Part shown: positions 9,956 to 20,206 of the stretch, in pieces | How positions within the stretch are numbered: position 1 is the stretch's first letter | How the letters are laid out: every line of letters begins with the position of its first letter | DNA from: a bacterium | GTDB taxonomy: Bacteria; UBA8248 | NCBI GenBank assembly: GCA_965213685.1 | Contig: CBDBZY010000003.1 | Span: 32,001 to 96,000 of the forward strand | Direction of reading: 5' to 3' | DNA: 64,000 bases | Program-made: the position numbers and the translations under genes | The notes under the pieces: generated by a model | The model's input: the letters and a program-made list of their open reading frames with translations, nothing else | What the model was told of the DNA's origin: nothing | Database searches by the model: none

Positions 9956-10759
9956 TCAGCCCGCGCACTCCCGAATCATCCGCGCCCGCGCCCGGGCGCC
10001 GTCGTTCATGAAGGTGAGGTCGCTGCCCGCGAGGATGAAGCGCATTCCCTCCCGGATTCTGCGCGCTATCATCTCCGGCTGGTAGGACCCGCCCATGCCG
10101 GCGATTTTGCCGTGCTTCCCGCAGGCGGCGATCACCTGCGCATACACCTTGTTGACCCGGGGATGATCGTGCTGGCCGACGACCCCCATCCCCGTGCTCA
10201 GGTCGTTCGTGCCGATCAGCAAAACGTCAATCCCCTCCACGGCGGCGATGGCGTCCGCCGCATCCCCCGCCTCGGGCGTCTCGATCATGGCGACCAGGAG
10301 GGTTTCCGCGTTGATGCCGGCGAGCAACTCGGCGGCGCCCATCGCCTCGAAGCCCCCGTGGGCCAGCCCGCCGCCCGCGCTGCGCCCGCCCTCGGGCGGA
10401 AATTTGCAGATGTGCGCGAACTCCCTCGCTTCCTCCGCGCTGTTCACGTGCGGGAGGACGACCCCCTGCGCGCCGCTGTCCAGGACGCGCGTGCTCAGGT
10501 CGGCGTCGAGCGACGCCACGCGCACCAGCGGCGTGATCCCCTGGCTGAGGGCGGCGATGGATATCTGCTGCGCCGTCTCGAGGCCGAAGGGCCCGTGTTC
10601 GAGGTCGATGAAGAGCCAGTCGAATCCGGCCGCCCGCATCGCGAGGCCGACCTCCACCGTGCGCGCCATGCGCACGCCCACGCCCAGGGTGACCTCTCCC
10701 GCGCGGGATTTTCGCTTCGTCTCGTTCGTGATGATGCCCAAGGGGGTGCCCTCCATCAT
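9956..10759 (-). CDS. HpcH/HpaI aldolase family protein (start may be TTG at 10741)
   Basis: GFDWLFIDLEHG, LDSGAQGVVLPHV, AMIET, GIDVLLIGTNDLS. Confidence 0.9.
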   Translation of the reverse strand: MMEGTPLGIITNETKRKSRAGEVTLGVGVRMARTVEVGLAMRAAGFDWLFIDLEHGPFGLETAQQISIAALSQGITPLVRVASLDADLSTRVLDSGAQGVVLPHVNSAEEAREFAHICKFPPEGGRSAGGGLAHGGFEAMGAAELLAGINAETLLVAMIETPEAGDAADAIAAVEGIDVLLIGTNDLSTGMGVVGQHDHPRVNKVYAQVIAACGKHGKIAGMGGSYQPEMIARRIREGMRFILAGSDLTFMNDGARARARMIRECAG

Positions 10760-10946
10760 GCGGCGGGAAACGGCCCGCGCGGTGAAGCGGGCGACGCGGT
10801 CTCTCTCGTGCCCCATTGAGATACTCCACTTGGGCCGCCCCCGCAAGGGCCGCGCGCCTCGCTCCGCGCCGGCGGGGGTGGCGAAACCGGCGACTCCCGG
10901 TGTATGTTGTCCCGTCCATCAGTGTGCTCGGGAGGGGTTTCCGCCA

Positions 10947-11489
10947 ATGATTCGCTCCATCCGCCTGCAGCACATGGGCATCAAGGTGCGCGACCTGGAT
11001 CGCGCCATCCGCTTCTATTCCGAGGTGCTGGGCTTCCGCCTCCGCTCGCGCCACGAGGCGGGCAGCCACCCGGCGGCCCCGTTCGGCTCCGCGTTCATGT
11101 ATCTGGACGACTATCACCACCAGCTGGCGATATTCAGCGTGCCCGCCGACTGGGTGGAAGCGGAGGGGGAGGACACCGTCCCCCGGCACGACGTGGGCCT
11201 GCACCACCTGGCGTTCGAGGTCGCCGACCAGCGGGCGTTCGACGACGCGGTGGCCTTTCTGCGCGCGCGGGCGGACGCCAGAATCGTCTGGGGGCCGTTG
11301 CGCCTCGATGAGAGCAACGGCCTGTGGGGCGGGCACGAGGGGGTGTACTTTCTCGACCCGGACGGCAACCGCATCGAGGTGTTTCATGGCTCGGACATGT
11401 ATCCGGGCAGCCGTCCCGCGTGGAGGGAGGCGCAGGGGGGGCGCTGCGCGCGGACGGCTGAAGCCGACGCCGCTGAACATTCCACGTGA
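10947..11489 (+). CDS. VOC/glyoxalase/extradiol dioxygenase superfamily protein
   Basis: LQHMGIKVRDLDRAIRFYSEVLG, HHLAFEV, YFLDPDGNRIEV; SD GGAGG. Confidence 0.85.
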   Translation: MIRSIRLQHMGIKVRDLDRAIRFYSEVLGFRLRSRHEAGSHPAAPFGSAFMYLDDYHHQLAIFSVPADWVEAEGEDTVPRHDVGLHHLAFEVADQRAFDDAVAFLRARADARIVWGPLRLDESNGLWGGHEGVYFLDPDGNRIEVFHGSDMYPGSRPAWREAQGGRCARTAEADAAEHST

Positions 11490-11620
11490 CGCAGGGGGAG
11501 GAACGCCCCGCAGGCGGTCGGATGGGGAGCCTTCGCCTTCCGCCGCCCCCTCATCTGTATTAGAATCGCCGGAATTTCATACGGCGTACCGCCGGACCTG
11601 TTGGGAGGGGAGGTCTCCGC

Positions 11621-12739
11621 ATGGCAATGAATCCTGAGCGTCCGGCGCCTCGCTTCGACTGGTTCATCCCGATCGATGGCGACGGCGCGCACATCGGCAC
11701 GGCCCGGGCCGAGCGCCCGCCCACGTATGCATATCTCGCCCGCGTCGTGGAGGCGGCGGAGGAGAACGGTTTCTACTCCATGCTGATTCCCACGCGCTTT
11801 GCGAACGGGCTTTTCGACCAGGGGGCGCCCCTGGCCGAGACTTGGACGATGGTGAGCGCACTGGCCGCGCGCAGCCGGCGCGTCCGTTTTCTGGTCGCCG
11901 TGCGCCCGGGATTCGTGAACGCGGGCCTTTTCGCCCAGATGGCGGCGACGCTCAGCCAGATAACGGGCGGGCGCGTGGACCTGAACATCGTGCCCGGCGG
12001 CATCAAGGGCGAGTTCGAGAAGATGGGCGAGCGCATCGACCATGACACGCGCTATGAGCGGGCGGAGGAGTTCATCGCCGCGATCCGCAAGCTCTGGGAG
12101 AAGCCCGAGCCGATCCGCTTCGAGGGCAGGTTCGTGAAGCTCGACGGCGTGCACTGCTCCCCCGGCCCGGCGGGAGAGACGCCCAGGTTCTATCTCGGGG
12201 GAGCCTCCCCCGCCGCCCTGCGGCTCGCGGGCGCGCAGTCCGACGTCTACCTGGGCTGGATAGGCCCGGTCGAGGAGACCCGAAAGCACCTGGAGCGGGC
12301 GCGGGCCTCTTTTGCGGCGGCGCGCCGCGCGCCGGCCTTCGGGGTGCGCTCGCATTTGGTGATGAGGGACACGGAGGCCGAGGCCTGGGAGGAGACGGAG
12401 GAGTTGCTCAGCCGGGCGGCGGATTCCGTGAAGGCCCAGCGCGGCGCCCTCCTCGCCGGCACGCACATGGTGGGCGCCGCCGCCCAGGCGCGCGCGTTTG
12501 AGGACTTCCGGGTCGCCCCCCGCCTGTGGAACGGCATCTCCCAGGTGCGGGTGAACTGCGGCTCCGCCCTGGTCGGAACGCCCGAGCAAATCGCCGAGGA
12601 ACTCCTGGCCTACTGGCGCCTGGGGATCGACGAGTTCATTCTCTCCGGCTATCCCCACGTGGAGGAATGCCACCGCGCCGCGCGCGACCTCATCCCCCGC
12701 GTCCGGGAGCTGATAGCCGGCGAGCGGGGGACGGCGTAG
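11621..12739 (+). CDS. LLM-class flavin-dependent monooxygenase (SsuD-like)
   Basis: WFIPIDGDG, AAEENGF, FLVAVRPG, YLGGASPAA, LVGTPEQIAE..GIDEFILSGYPHVEE. Confidence 0.9.
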   Translation: MAMNPERPAPRFDWFIPIDGDGAHIGTARAERPPTYAYLARVVEAAEENGFYSMLIPTRFANGLFDQGAPLAETWTMVSALAARSRRVRFLVAVRPGFVNAGLFAQMAATLSQITGGRVDLNIVPGGIKGEFEKMGERIDHDTRYERAEEFIAAIRKLWEKPEPIRFEGRFVKLDGVHCSPGPAGETPRFYLGGASPAALRLAGAQSDVYLGWIGPVEETRKHLERARASFAAARRAPAFGVRSHLVMRDTEAEAWEETEELLSRAADSVKAQRGALLAGTHMVGAAAQARAFEDFRVAPRLWNGISQVRVNCGSALVGTPEQIAEELLAYWRLGIDEFILSGYPHVEECHRAARDLIPRVRELIAGERGTA

Positions 12740-12854
12740 GGCCGCGCGATTCGGGTTGCGGAGAGAGCGCGGGGCGGGAGTTTGTTGGGGGTGATGTTGC
12801 GGGAATCGGCGTTTCATTTTCTGGCGTTCCGTCTGGTGTCCCAAAGGAGAGGAT

Positions 12855-13838
12855 ATGCGCGCTGTCTGGTATGAGGAGTATGGTCCGGCGAAAGAGGTGC
12901 TGAGGCTGGGCGAGCTCGAGGCCCCGGAACCCGCCGCCGGCGAGGTGCGGGTGCGCGTGCGCGCCTCGGGCGCCAACCCCTCGGACTACAAGGCGCGCCT
13001 GGGGTCTCGCGGCGAGATGCGCTGGCCGAGAATCATCCCCCACTCCGATGGCGCGGGCGTCATCGAGAGCGTGGGGGCGGGGGTGGACGCCGCGCGCCTG
13101 GGCGAGCGCGTCTGGGTGTTCAACGGCCAATGGGAGAGGCCGTACGGCACGGCGGCCGAGTTCATCGTCTTGCCGGAGCGCCAGGCGGTTCCCCTGGCGG
13201 ATTCGGTGGATTTCGCCCAGGGGGCGTGCCTGGCGATTCCGGCGATGACCGCCCACCGGGCGCTGTTCCTGGATGGGCCGATCGCGGGCCAGACCGCCCT
13301 CGTCACCGGCGGGGCCGGCGCCGTGGGCCGCTATGGCGTTCAGCTCGCCAAGTGGGGGGGCGCTGCGGTCATCGCCACGGTGAGCGGCGAGGAGAAAGCG
13401 CGAATCGCGCGCGAGGCGGGCGCGGATCACGTCGTGAACTACAGGGAGGAGGATGCGGCGGAGCGCATCATGGCGCTCACCGGCGGGGAGGGGGTGGACC
13501 GCATCTGCGAGGTGGACTTCGGAGAAAATCTGGAGGTGACCCGCCGGGTGTTGAAAGAAAACGGAACCGTCGCGGCCTACGGCTCCACGCGCGCCCCCGA
13601 GCCGGTGTTGCCCTGGTACCGGATGATGGGTAACAACACGGCCATCCGCATGGTGTTCGTCTACGCGATGCCGGATTCCGCCATCTCCCAGGCCTGCCGC
13701 GACATCAACGCCGCGTGCGAGGCGGGCGCGCTCACCCACCACATCGGCGCGCGTTTCCCCCTGGAGGATGCCGCCGCCGCCCATGAGGTCATGGAGAATT
13801 TTGCGAACGTCGGGAACGTGGTGGTGGAAATCGGATGA
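12855..13838 (+). CDS. NADPH:quinone reductase (MDR family)
   Basis: ASGANPSD, PHSDGAGVI, GTAAEF, AIPAMTAH, LVTGGAGAVG. Confidence 0.92.
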   Translation: MRAVWYEEYGPAKEVLRLGELEAPEPAAGEVRVRVRASGANPSDYKARLGSRGEMRWPRIIPHSDGAGVIESVGAGVDAARLGERVWVFNGQWERPYGTAAEFIVLPERQAVPLADSVDFAQGACLAIPAMTAHRALFLDGPIAGQTALVTGGAGAVGRYGVQLAKWGGAAVIATVSGEEKARIAREAGADHVVNYREEDAAERIMALTGGEGVDRICEVDFGENLEVTRRVLKENGTVAAYGSTRAPEPVLPWYRMMGNNTAIRMVFVYAMPDSAISQACRDINAACEAGALTHHIGARFPLEDAAAAHEVMENFANVGNVVVEIG

Positions 13839-13873
13839 GGGCGGCGCACTCCCCGTTTCGGGGCGGGATTTTC

Positions 13874-13902
13874 TTGAAAGACGGCGCGCGGGAGTTTATA
13901 TT
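13874..13902 (+). promoter_or_regulatory. putative sigma70 promoter upstream of the usp gene
   Basis: TTGAAA-17 bp-TATATT in an AT-rich patch. Confidence 0.5.
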
Positions 13903-14168
13903 CATATTAGATAGCGCAAGGGAATCGGGGGGAGTGGATGGAATGCGGGGGGAGACGAGTCTCCCTCCCTGGAGCGATGCGCCGGCCCCGCAGGGGACGG
14001 CAAGGAATGGTCGGCGCGAGGCAGTTGGGGCGGGCCCCGCCCGGCGAGTGGCGCGCGAGCGGGAAACGGGGAATCACCCCGGAAGGCGGGGCGGCCCCGT
14101 CGCCTCCGTTTTTTATCGGGGATGCAGGTCGGACATCCCACATTTCTGAATACCTGGAGGAAGGTGTC

Positions 14169-14690
14169 ATGCGAATATACGATCCGAAAAGGATATTGGC
14201 TCCCGTCGATTTCTCGGACGTCAGCAAGGGGGTCTTGAAAGTCGCGTCGGAGATCGGCGAGAACCGGAATGCGGAGGTGACGACCATCCACGTGGCCAGA
14301 AACCCCGACTACGCGGCCAAGTACGGAGGCTTCGGCGCCGAGCTCGTGGGCACGATCTCCCCGAGCCGCCTGCTCGAGGATACGCGCGTCGAGCTGCAAA
14401 GCAATCTGGAAATCCTGGCGAAGGAGATCGGCTCCGCCGTGCCCATAGAATCCGTGGTCGTTTTCGGCGATCCGGTCCGGGAGATTCTGAGCTTCACCGA
14501 GGCGGGCGATTTCGACCTCCTCGTCATGGGAACGCACGGCCACAACATGATAAGCCGCTTCCTGATCGGGAGCGTCTCCGAGCAGGTCATCCGCCGCGCC
14601 CCCTGCCCGGTGTTCCTGCTGCGGGACAAGGTGGCCTCCCAGAAGATGGCGGAGATGGAGCGGAGCGAGAGCGAGGAGGAGGGGGGCTGA
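14169..14690 (+). CDS. universal stress protein (UspA family)
   Basis: KRILAPVDFS, DLLVMGTHGH..LIGSVSEQVIRRAPCPV; SD GGAGG. Confidence 0.92.
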   Translation: MRIYDPKRILAPVDFSDVSKGVLKVASEIGENRNAEVTTIHVARNPDYAAKYGGFGAELVGTISPSRLLEDTRVELQSNLEILAKEIGSAVPIESVVVFGDPVREILSFTEAGDFDLLVMGTHGHNMISRFLIGSVSEQVIRRAPCPVFLLRDKVASQKMAEMERSESEEEGG

Positions 14691-14842
14691 GGCGGGCGCC
14701 GGGCTGTGCCGGGTCGTTCCCGCGCGCGCGAGTATAAGCGCGAGATAAGATAGAGGCGGACAGATAGAGGCGGAGGCTGAAATAGCCCCGCCACTCCATC
14801 CGACGCCCGGCAGCAAATACTCCAAACCACGTGGGAGAGGAG

Positions 14843-14873
14843 GAACGCCTGGCCTGCCGGTCAGGCGTTTTTT
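14843..14873 (+). terminator. intrinsic terminator
   Basis: aacgcctggcc-tgcc-ggtcaggcgtt hairpin followed by a T run. Confidence 0.7.
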
Positions 14874-14920
14874 CGGGATGAGCGGACGGTGCGGCGCTCG
14901 GGGACTTCAGCTCGTCCTGG

Positions 14921-14948
14921 TTGACAAAAATTTTCGCTTGGCTACAAT
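14921..14948 (+). promoter_or_regulatory. putative sigma70 promoter of the ABC operon
   Basis: TTGACA-16 bp-TACAAT. Confidence 0.6.
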
Positions 14949-15117
14949 GCGTTTCACTCTATATGTATCATGAAGATCAGACGCGCGAGTTGAACGGGGC
15001 GAGGCCTCGAAATTCTGCGTTATCGGGATGGACGATGAATCGTCGATTGAATCGATGGCGCGGCTTTTCTTCTCGTCCCACCATGGAATCCACAGGAACG
15101 GAGGGAGGAACACCCTG

Positions 15118-16569
15118 ATGAGCGAGAAAAAGATGCACCGAAGAAGCCTGCTGAAGGCCGGTCTGGCCACCGCGGTGGCCGGCCCCGCTTTCATGCGAAG
15201 CGCCGGCGAAGCCCAGGCCGGACCGGAGGAGGACCGCGTCGTCCAGGCGGCCAAGAAGATGGGCAAGGCCTCGCTGAACGGGATGATGTGGGGTCTCTAC
15301 TGGCGGAACTACCCCGACCTCAACCGCGAGTTCCAGAAGGCCACCGGCATCTCGATGGACAAGGTCAGCGACGTTCCCAACCTGCAGATTCCCCAGCGGG
15401 CGATGGCGGAGGCCATCACGCGCTCGGGCAAGTTCGACATCTTTCACGTGGAATCCATGATGATCCCCTCCCTCGCGGCCGCGGGAATGCTCGAGCCCCT
15501 CGACGGCTACATGAAGGAGGCGGGCTTCGATCTCCAGATGGTGGGCAACTTCGAGACCTTCATGACCTACCAGGGCAAGACCTACGCCATGCCGACGGAC
15601 GGCAACGTCTGCCCGCAGTTCATCCGCAAGGATTTGTTCGACAATCCCGACGAGCGGAAGGCCTTCGCCGACAAGCACGGCAAGCCCCTCAAGTGGCCGG
15701 TCACCTGGGAGGACGAGCTGGAGGTGATGAAGCACTTCCACCGGCCCGACAAGGAGTTGTACGGCTTTGGCGGCCTGCGGGACAAGGCGAACAGCAGCTT
15801 CTGGTACTGGATGTATCTCTACAGCGCGGGCGGATTCCCCTTTGACGACGACGCCAACCCCACGCTGACCACGCCCGCCGCCGAATACGCCTTCGACACC
15901 TGGCTGGCGCGCAAGCAGGTCTCCCACCCCGAGGCGAGCGCCTGGGGCTCCCCCCAGATGATCCCCCGGATTCGCAACGGCAAGATATTCTCCTGCCAGT
16001 ACTGGGACGGGATTATCGCGCTCATCGAGAGCCCGACGGCGAAGACGAAAACGAGGGGCATGTGGCGCTACGGCCTGGTGCCGGGCTCGAAGTTCTCCGG
16101 CAAGCTCGTCCACCGCGCGTTCTCCGCTCCGGTGATGGGCATGGTCGTGAACCGCCACAGCCCGCGCAAGAAGCAGGCCGTCGCGTGGGCCATGTACATG
16201 AGCACCTACAAGAACAGCGCCGAGGTGGTCGGCCATCCGAAGTTCACCTTCCACGACCCCTGGCATCCCAAGCACATGACCGACCCCCAGGTGACGAAGG
16301 TCTATACGCCGGAGGGCATCAGGTCCGTGGAGCAGAACCTCCTCGTCACCGCGCCGCCGCCGTATGTGACCGGCTACCAGGAGTTCAAGGAAGTCGTGGA
16401 CCGGAACCTCTCGGAGGCCTACGCGGGCCGGAAGAAGGGCGCCAAGAAGGTCATGGGCGACATCCAGAGCGAATGGGCGAAGATCATACGCAAGGTCGGC
16501 AAGCGCAAGCTCAGGCGGGAGATTCCCTTCTACAAGGCCATGATGCCGACAATGAACACTCCCTCGTAG
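15118..16569 (+). CDS. ABC transporter substrate-binding protein (CUT1-like) with Tat signal
   Basis: HRRSLLK twin-arginine motif; LEPLDGY, YAMPTDGN, WPVTWED; SD GGAGG. Confidence 0.88.
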   Translation: MSEKKMHRRSLLKAGLATAVAGPAFMRSAGEAQAGPEEDRVVQAAKKMGKASLNGMMWGLYWRNYPDLNREFQKATGISMDKVSDVPNLQIPQRAMAEAITRSGKFDIFHVESMMIPSLAAAGMLEPLDGYMKEAGFDLQMVGNFETFMTYQGKTYAMPTDGNVCPQFIRKDLFDNPDERKAFADKHGKPLKWPVTWEDELEVMKHFHRPDKELYGFGGLRDKANSSFWYWMYLYSAGGFPFDDDANPTLTTPAAEYAFDTWLARKQVSHPEASAWGSPQMIPRIRNGKIFSCQYWDGIIALIESPTAKTKTRGMWRYGLVPGSKFSGKLVHRAFSAPVMGMVVNRHSPRKKQAVAWAMYMSTYKNSAEVVGHPKFTFHDPWHPKHMTDPQVTKVYTPEGIRSVEQNLLVTAPPPYVTGYQEFKEVVDRNLSEAYAGRKKGAKKVMGDIQSEWAKIIRKVGKRKLRREIPFYKAMMPTMNTPS

Positions 16570-16580
16570 GAAAAACCTCT

Positions 16581-16621
16581 CTCCTCCCCCGGGCCGCGCG
16601 CGCGGCCCTGGGGGGGGGAGG
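16581..16621 (+). promoter_or_regulatory. GC-rich intergenic stem-loop after the SBP gene (mRNA stabiliser or partial terminator)
   Basis: ctcccccgggccgcg...cgcggccctgggggg inverted repeat between SBP and permease. Confidence 0.45.
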
Positions 16622-16734
16622 CGTGTGCGCTTTGATGGCCGGGGCGGGCTGATGAGAGCGGCCCGCTCCGGTCGCCGGGGCCGCGTCCCTTTCCGGGCGC
16701 CGCCTCGCTTCTCCCGAGCTCAGGAGTCTCACGC

Positions 16735-17703
16735 ATGGCGACAGCGACAGTTGCGCAGCCCAAGGGCAGGCGCTCCACCCGCGCCCGCGGCGTCCGGGTG
16801 TTCAAGTGGAGCGCGCTCTCCCCGCTGATTCTGCTGTTCGCGTTCCTGATGCCCGTCTTTCTCTTGCAGATATATTTTTCGCTTCACTCCTGGACGGTCT
16901 ATCTGTCCACCTGGTTCGACGCGGAGTTCGTGGGGCTGGAGCTGTTCCAGGAGGTGCTGACCGAGGGGCGCTTCTGGCGGGCGATGGGGCGCTCGCTGCT
17001 GTTCGCGGGCCTCTCGACGATCGGCTGCTTCGTCTGCGGCTTCGGCCTCGCGCTGCTCATGTATCGGCCCTTCCGGGGCCAGGCCTTCTTCTACATCCTC
17101 TTCATCATCCCCATGCTGACGGTGCCCGTCGTCATCGCCTACACCGCCGACATGCTTCTGTATGAGAAGGGGCCCATCAACGGGTTCCTCAGCTATTTCC
17201 TGCCGGGGGACCTGTCGAAATTCACGTGGCTGGCCAACCCGAATTTCGCCATCTTCACGATCATCCTCCTCGAGGTATGGAACTGGACCCCGTTCGTCTT
17301 CATCATCATGCTGGCGGGTCTCGCCTCGCTGCCCAGCGAGCCGGTGGAGGCCGCGCGCATTCTCGGGGCGAACCGGCTGCAGATATTCCGCGAGATTCAG
17401 CTGCCGCTCCTGCGCCCCGTCATCTTCCTGGCGCTCATCCTCCGTTTTCTGGAGGCCATGGCGGAGTTTCCCAAGACGTGGGGCCTTATCCAGGGAGGAC
17501 CGGGCACCGCCACCGAGACCATACCCATCTATCTTTTCTACACGACGTGGGTGTCCTTCGACATATCCAAGGGCGCGGCGATGTCCTATGTCGTCATGCT
17601 GATCATGATCTGCATCGTTCTGACGGCCATCTACGTCCTGCGTCGGGAGAAGCGCGCGCTCGACACCCTCTACAATGCGCCGGATACGGAGGCCCAGACA
17701 TGA
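16735..17703 (+). CDS. carbohydrate-type ABC transporter permease
   Basis: WNWTPF..LAGLASLPSEPVEAARILGA (EAA loop), GGPGTATET. Confidence 0.92.
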   Translation: MATATVAQPKGRRSTRARGVRVFKWSALSPLILLFAFLMPVFLLQIYFSLHSWTVYLSTWFDAEFVGLELFQEVLTEGRFWRAMGRSLLFAGLSTIGCFVCGFGLALLMYRPFRGQAFFYILFIIPMLTVPVVIAYTADMLLYEKGPINGFLSYFLPGDLSKFTWLANPNFAIFTIILLEVWNWTPFVFIIMLAGLASLPSEPVEAARILGANRLQIFREIQLPLLRPVIFLALILRFLEAMAEFPKTWGLIQGGPGTATETIPIYLFYTTWVSFDISKGAAMSYVVMLIMICIVLTAIYVLRREKRALDTLYNAPDTEAQT

Positions 17704-18602
17704 ACCGGATTTGGAAGGGGAGGCTTTTCAACGTCTTTCGCTACGCAGCCCTCCTGGTCTGGACGCTGATCGTGGTGTTTCCTGTGTTCTGGATCATCTC
17801 CACCTCGTTCAAGCCCGACTGGGAGTGGCATGCCTGGCCGCCCGTCTACTGGTCCCAGGAGGCCTCATGGGCCAACTACCGGGCGGTATGGGGCAGGGAG
17901 GAGAGCCCCCGCTCCTCCTCCGAGGCGGAGACGCAGACCGCCCGCTATGAGTCGGCCTCCGCGAACAAGCCGTGGCAGGCGCTGTGGAACAGCCTCTACA
18001 TCGCCGTCACCGCCACCGCGCTTTCGGTCGCCTTCGGCTCGATTCTCGCCTACGGGGTATCCCGCTACCGGATATTGTCCGAGGTGCGCATGTTCCAGCT
18101 CCTCGTGCTGCGGATGATACCGCCCATCGTGGTGGCGGCGCCGCTGACCCTCTACTACTCGGCGATTCATCTGATGGATACGGCGACGGGGCTGGTGATC
18201 GTCTATTTCATCACGACGCTACCCTACTCCGTCTGGATGACGAAGAGCTTTGTCGATGAGGTGCCGGTCGAGATCGAACAGGCCGCGGAGATTCTGGGCG
18301 CGAGCAAATGGCAGGCGATCCGCGAGGTGATATTCCCGCTGATTCGCTCGGGCGTCGTGGCGACGTTCCTGTTCATTCTCATCCTGACGTGGAGCGAGTA
18401 TCTGCTCTCGCTCATGCTCTCCAAGGTGGACGTGGTCACCCTGCCCGTCCAGCTGGCGAAATACGAAGGCTCCGACGAGGGCCGCGTCTACGGCCATCAG
18501 GCCGCGCTGTCGGTGGGGATTACCCTGCCGCTCATGCTTATCGGCATTTTCATTCGGAAACACCTGGTGCGCGGCTTCACTTTCGGAATGGTGAAGAGGT
18601 AA
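17700..18602 (+). CDS. carbohydrate-type ABC transporter permease
   Basis: FPVFWIISTSFKP, VPVEIEQAAEILGAS, TWSEYL; ATGA overlap. Confidence 0.92.
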   Translation: MNRIWKGRLFNVFRYAALLVWTLIVVFPVFWIISTSFKPDWEWHAWPPVYWSQEASWANYRAVWGREESPRSSSEAETQTARYESASANKPWQALWNSLYIAVTATALSVAFGSILAYGVSRYRILSEVRMFQLLVLRMIPPIVVAAPLTLYYSAIHLMDTATGLVIVYFITTLPYSVWMTKSFVDEVPVEIEQAAEILGASKWQAIREVIFPLIRSGVVATFLFILILTWSEYLLSLMLSKVDVVTLPVQLAKYEGSDEGRVYGHQAALSVGITLPLMLIGIFIRKHLVRGFTFGMVKR

Positions 18603-18609
18603 AAAAACA

Positions 18610-19692
18610 ATGGCGAGAATCGAACTCAAGGGTTTGCGCAAGGTATTCGGCAGGAACATCGAGGCCGTCAAGAACCTCGATTTCACCATCGAGGAAGGCG
18701 AGTTCGTCGTCATCGTCGGCCCCTCGGGCTGCGGGAAGACGACCACGCTGCGCATGATCGCGGGTTTCGAGGAGCCCACCTCGGGCGAGATCGTCATCGA
18801 CGGGAGGGTCGTCAACGACATCGACCCGGGCGACCGGGGAGTCGGCATGGTCTTCCAGACGCACGCGCTGTTTCCGCACAAGACGGTGGCCGAGAACATC
18901 GAGTTTGGCCCGCGCATGAAGAAGGTGCCCCCGGAGACGCGCAAGAAGCGCGTGCGCGAAGTGGCCGGCGTCGTCCGCATCGGCCACCTCCTCGACAAGC
19001 TGCCCGCCCAGTGCTCGGGCGGCGAGGCCCAGCGCGCAGCATTGGCCCGCACCCTCATCACCGACCCCTCCGCCTTCCTGCTCGACGAGCCGCTCTCCAG
19101 CCTCGACGCCAAGCTGCGCCGCGAGATGCGCGCGGAGATCGACCGCCTCCACGAGGAGTTGCGCAAAACGTTCGTCTACGTCACGCACGACCAGGAGGAG
19201 GCGATGACCCTCGCCGACCGCATCGTGGTGATGCGCCAGGGCGTCATTGAACAGGTGGGCACGCCGCTCGACATCTACAACGACCCGGTGAGCTACTTCG
19301 TGGCTGATTTCTTCGGCAGCCCTTCCATGAACCTCATTGCGGGGCGGGTGGAGAACGCCAACGGCGGCGGCCCCGTGTTCACCGGAGAGGACGCGCGCGT
19401 CGATTTTGCGCTGCCGGACGCCTACGCGGGCGTATCTTCCGGGGCCTACACCCTGGGCGTGCGGCCTGAGCATGTCCTCGTGGGAATCGAGAGCGCGGCC
19501 TTCTCCTGCGACGTTCAGCTCGTCGAGCCGCTCGGCAAGGACACCCTGCTCTACTTCGACCACGGCGCCGATCGCCCGACCATCGCCGTCGTCGAGGCCT
19601 CCGAACGCTTCAAGGCCGGCGAGCGGATCAACGTCGGGTTCGACCCCTCCCGCGTCTATCTCTTCGATTCCGACGGAAAGCGCGTCTCATAG
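18610..19692 (+). CDS. ABC transporter ATP-binding protein (MalK-like)
   Basis: GPSGCGKTT, CSGGEAQR, LLDEPLSSLD, YVTHDQEEAM; C-terminal TOBE-like region. Confidence 0.94.
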   Translation: MARIELKGLRKVFGRNIEAVKNLDFTIEEGEFVVIVGPSGCGKTTTLRMIAGFEEPTSGEIVIDGRVVNDIDPGDRGVGMVFQTHALFPHKTVAENIEFGPRMKKVPPETRKKRVREVAGVVRIGHLLDKLPAQCSGGEAQRAALARTLITDPSAFLLDEPLSSLDAKLRREMRAEIDRLHEELRKTFVYVTHDQEEAMTLADRIVVMRQGVIEQVGTPLDIYNDPVSYFVADFFGSPSMNLIAGRVENANGGGPVFTGEDARVDFALPDAYAGVSSGAYTLGVRPEHVLVGIESAAFSCDVQLVEPLGKDTLLYFDHGADRPTIAVVEASERFKAGERINVGFDPSRVYLFDSDGKRVS

Positions 19693-20155
19693 CGCATCCG
19701 GGGTAGCGGATCGCCGCGCGCGCGATGCGGCGGCGAGAGAGAGGCGCGCGCTTTTGAGCAGCCGCATCCCCGTTCCGCCGAAATCCGGCAACCGCCGGAA
19801 AAAGAACTTCCCCTCCCTCCTCCCTCCGCCGGGGCCAGCCTCCCGGAAGCGTGCGCGTAATGGGGGCGCGATGCGTCTCCTCCTGGGAATGACGATACGC
19901 AGAGCGCGGCGATTCCACGGGGATCACGCGAATCGGGCGGCTGAGGATTTCAGGGGCGGCGGCGCGCGCAGCCTCGCCGTCGGGACGGCCGCCGAATCAT
20001 GCCTGCGGGGAGGATGGTCCTTCCAGGATGCGGAATCGGGCGTTCATCTTCGCCCTGGAATCGAGGGGAGGGGGAGGCGTGCGGGAATGGCCGGCGGGGC
20101 CGCGGCAGGACGTCCGACCGGGATGGTTCTCCTGCCTCCGACGCCTGGAGTCACC

Positions 20156-20189
20156 CATATGGCGAGCGGGTAGCCCCGCTCGCCATATG
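20156..20189 (-). terminator. perfect 15-bp hairpin downstream of the peptide precursor genes
   Basis: catatggcgagcggg-tagc-cccgctcgccatatg, 17 bp past the precursor stop; no strong U-tail. Confidence 0.65.
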
Positions 20190-20206
20190 TTCAGCAACCG
20201 CTATCA

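Noticed and set aside
19997-20197. 66-aa ORF as a third precursor or immunity gene
   Set aside because: No GG leader, no clear SD, overlaps the hairpin, low-complexity composition
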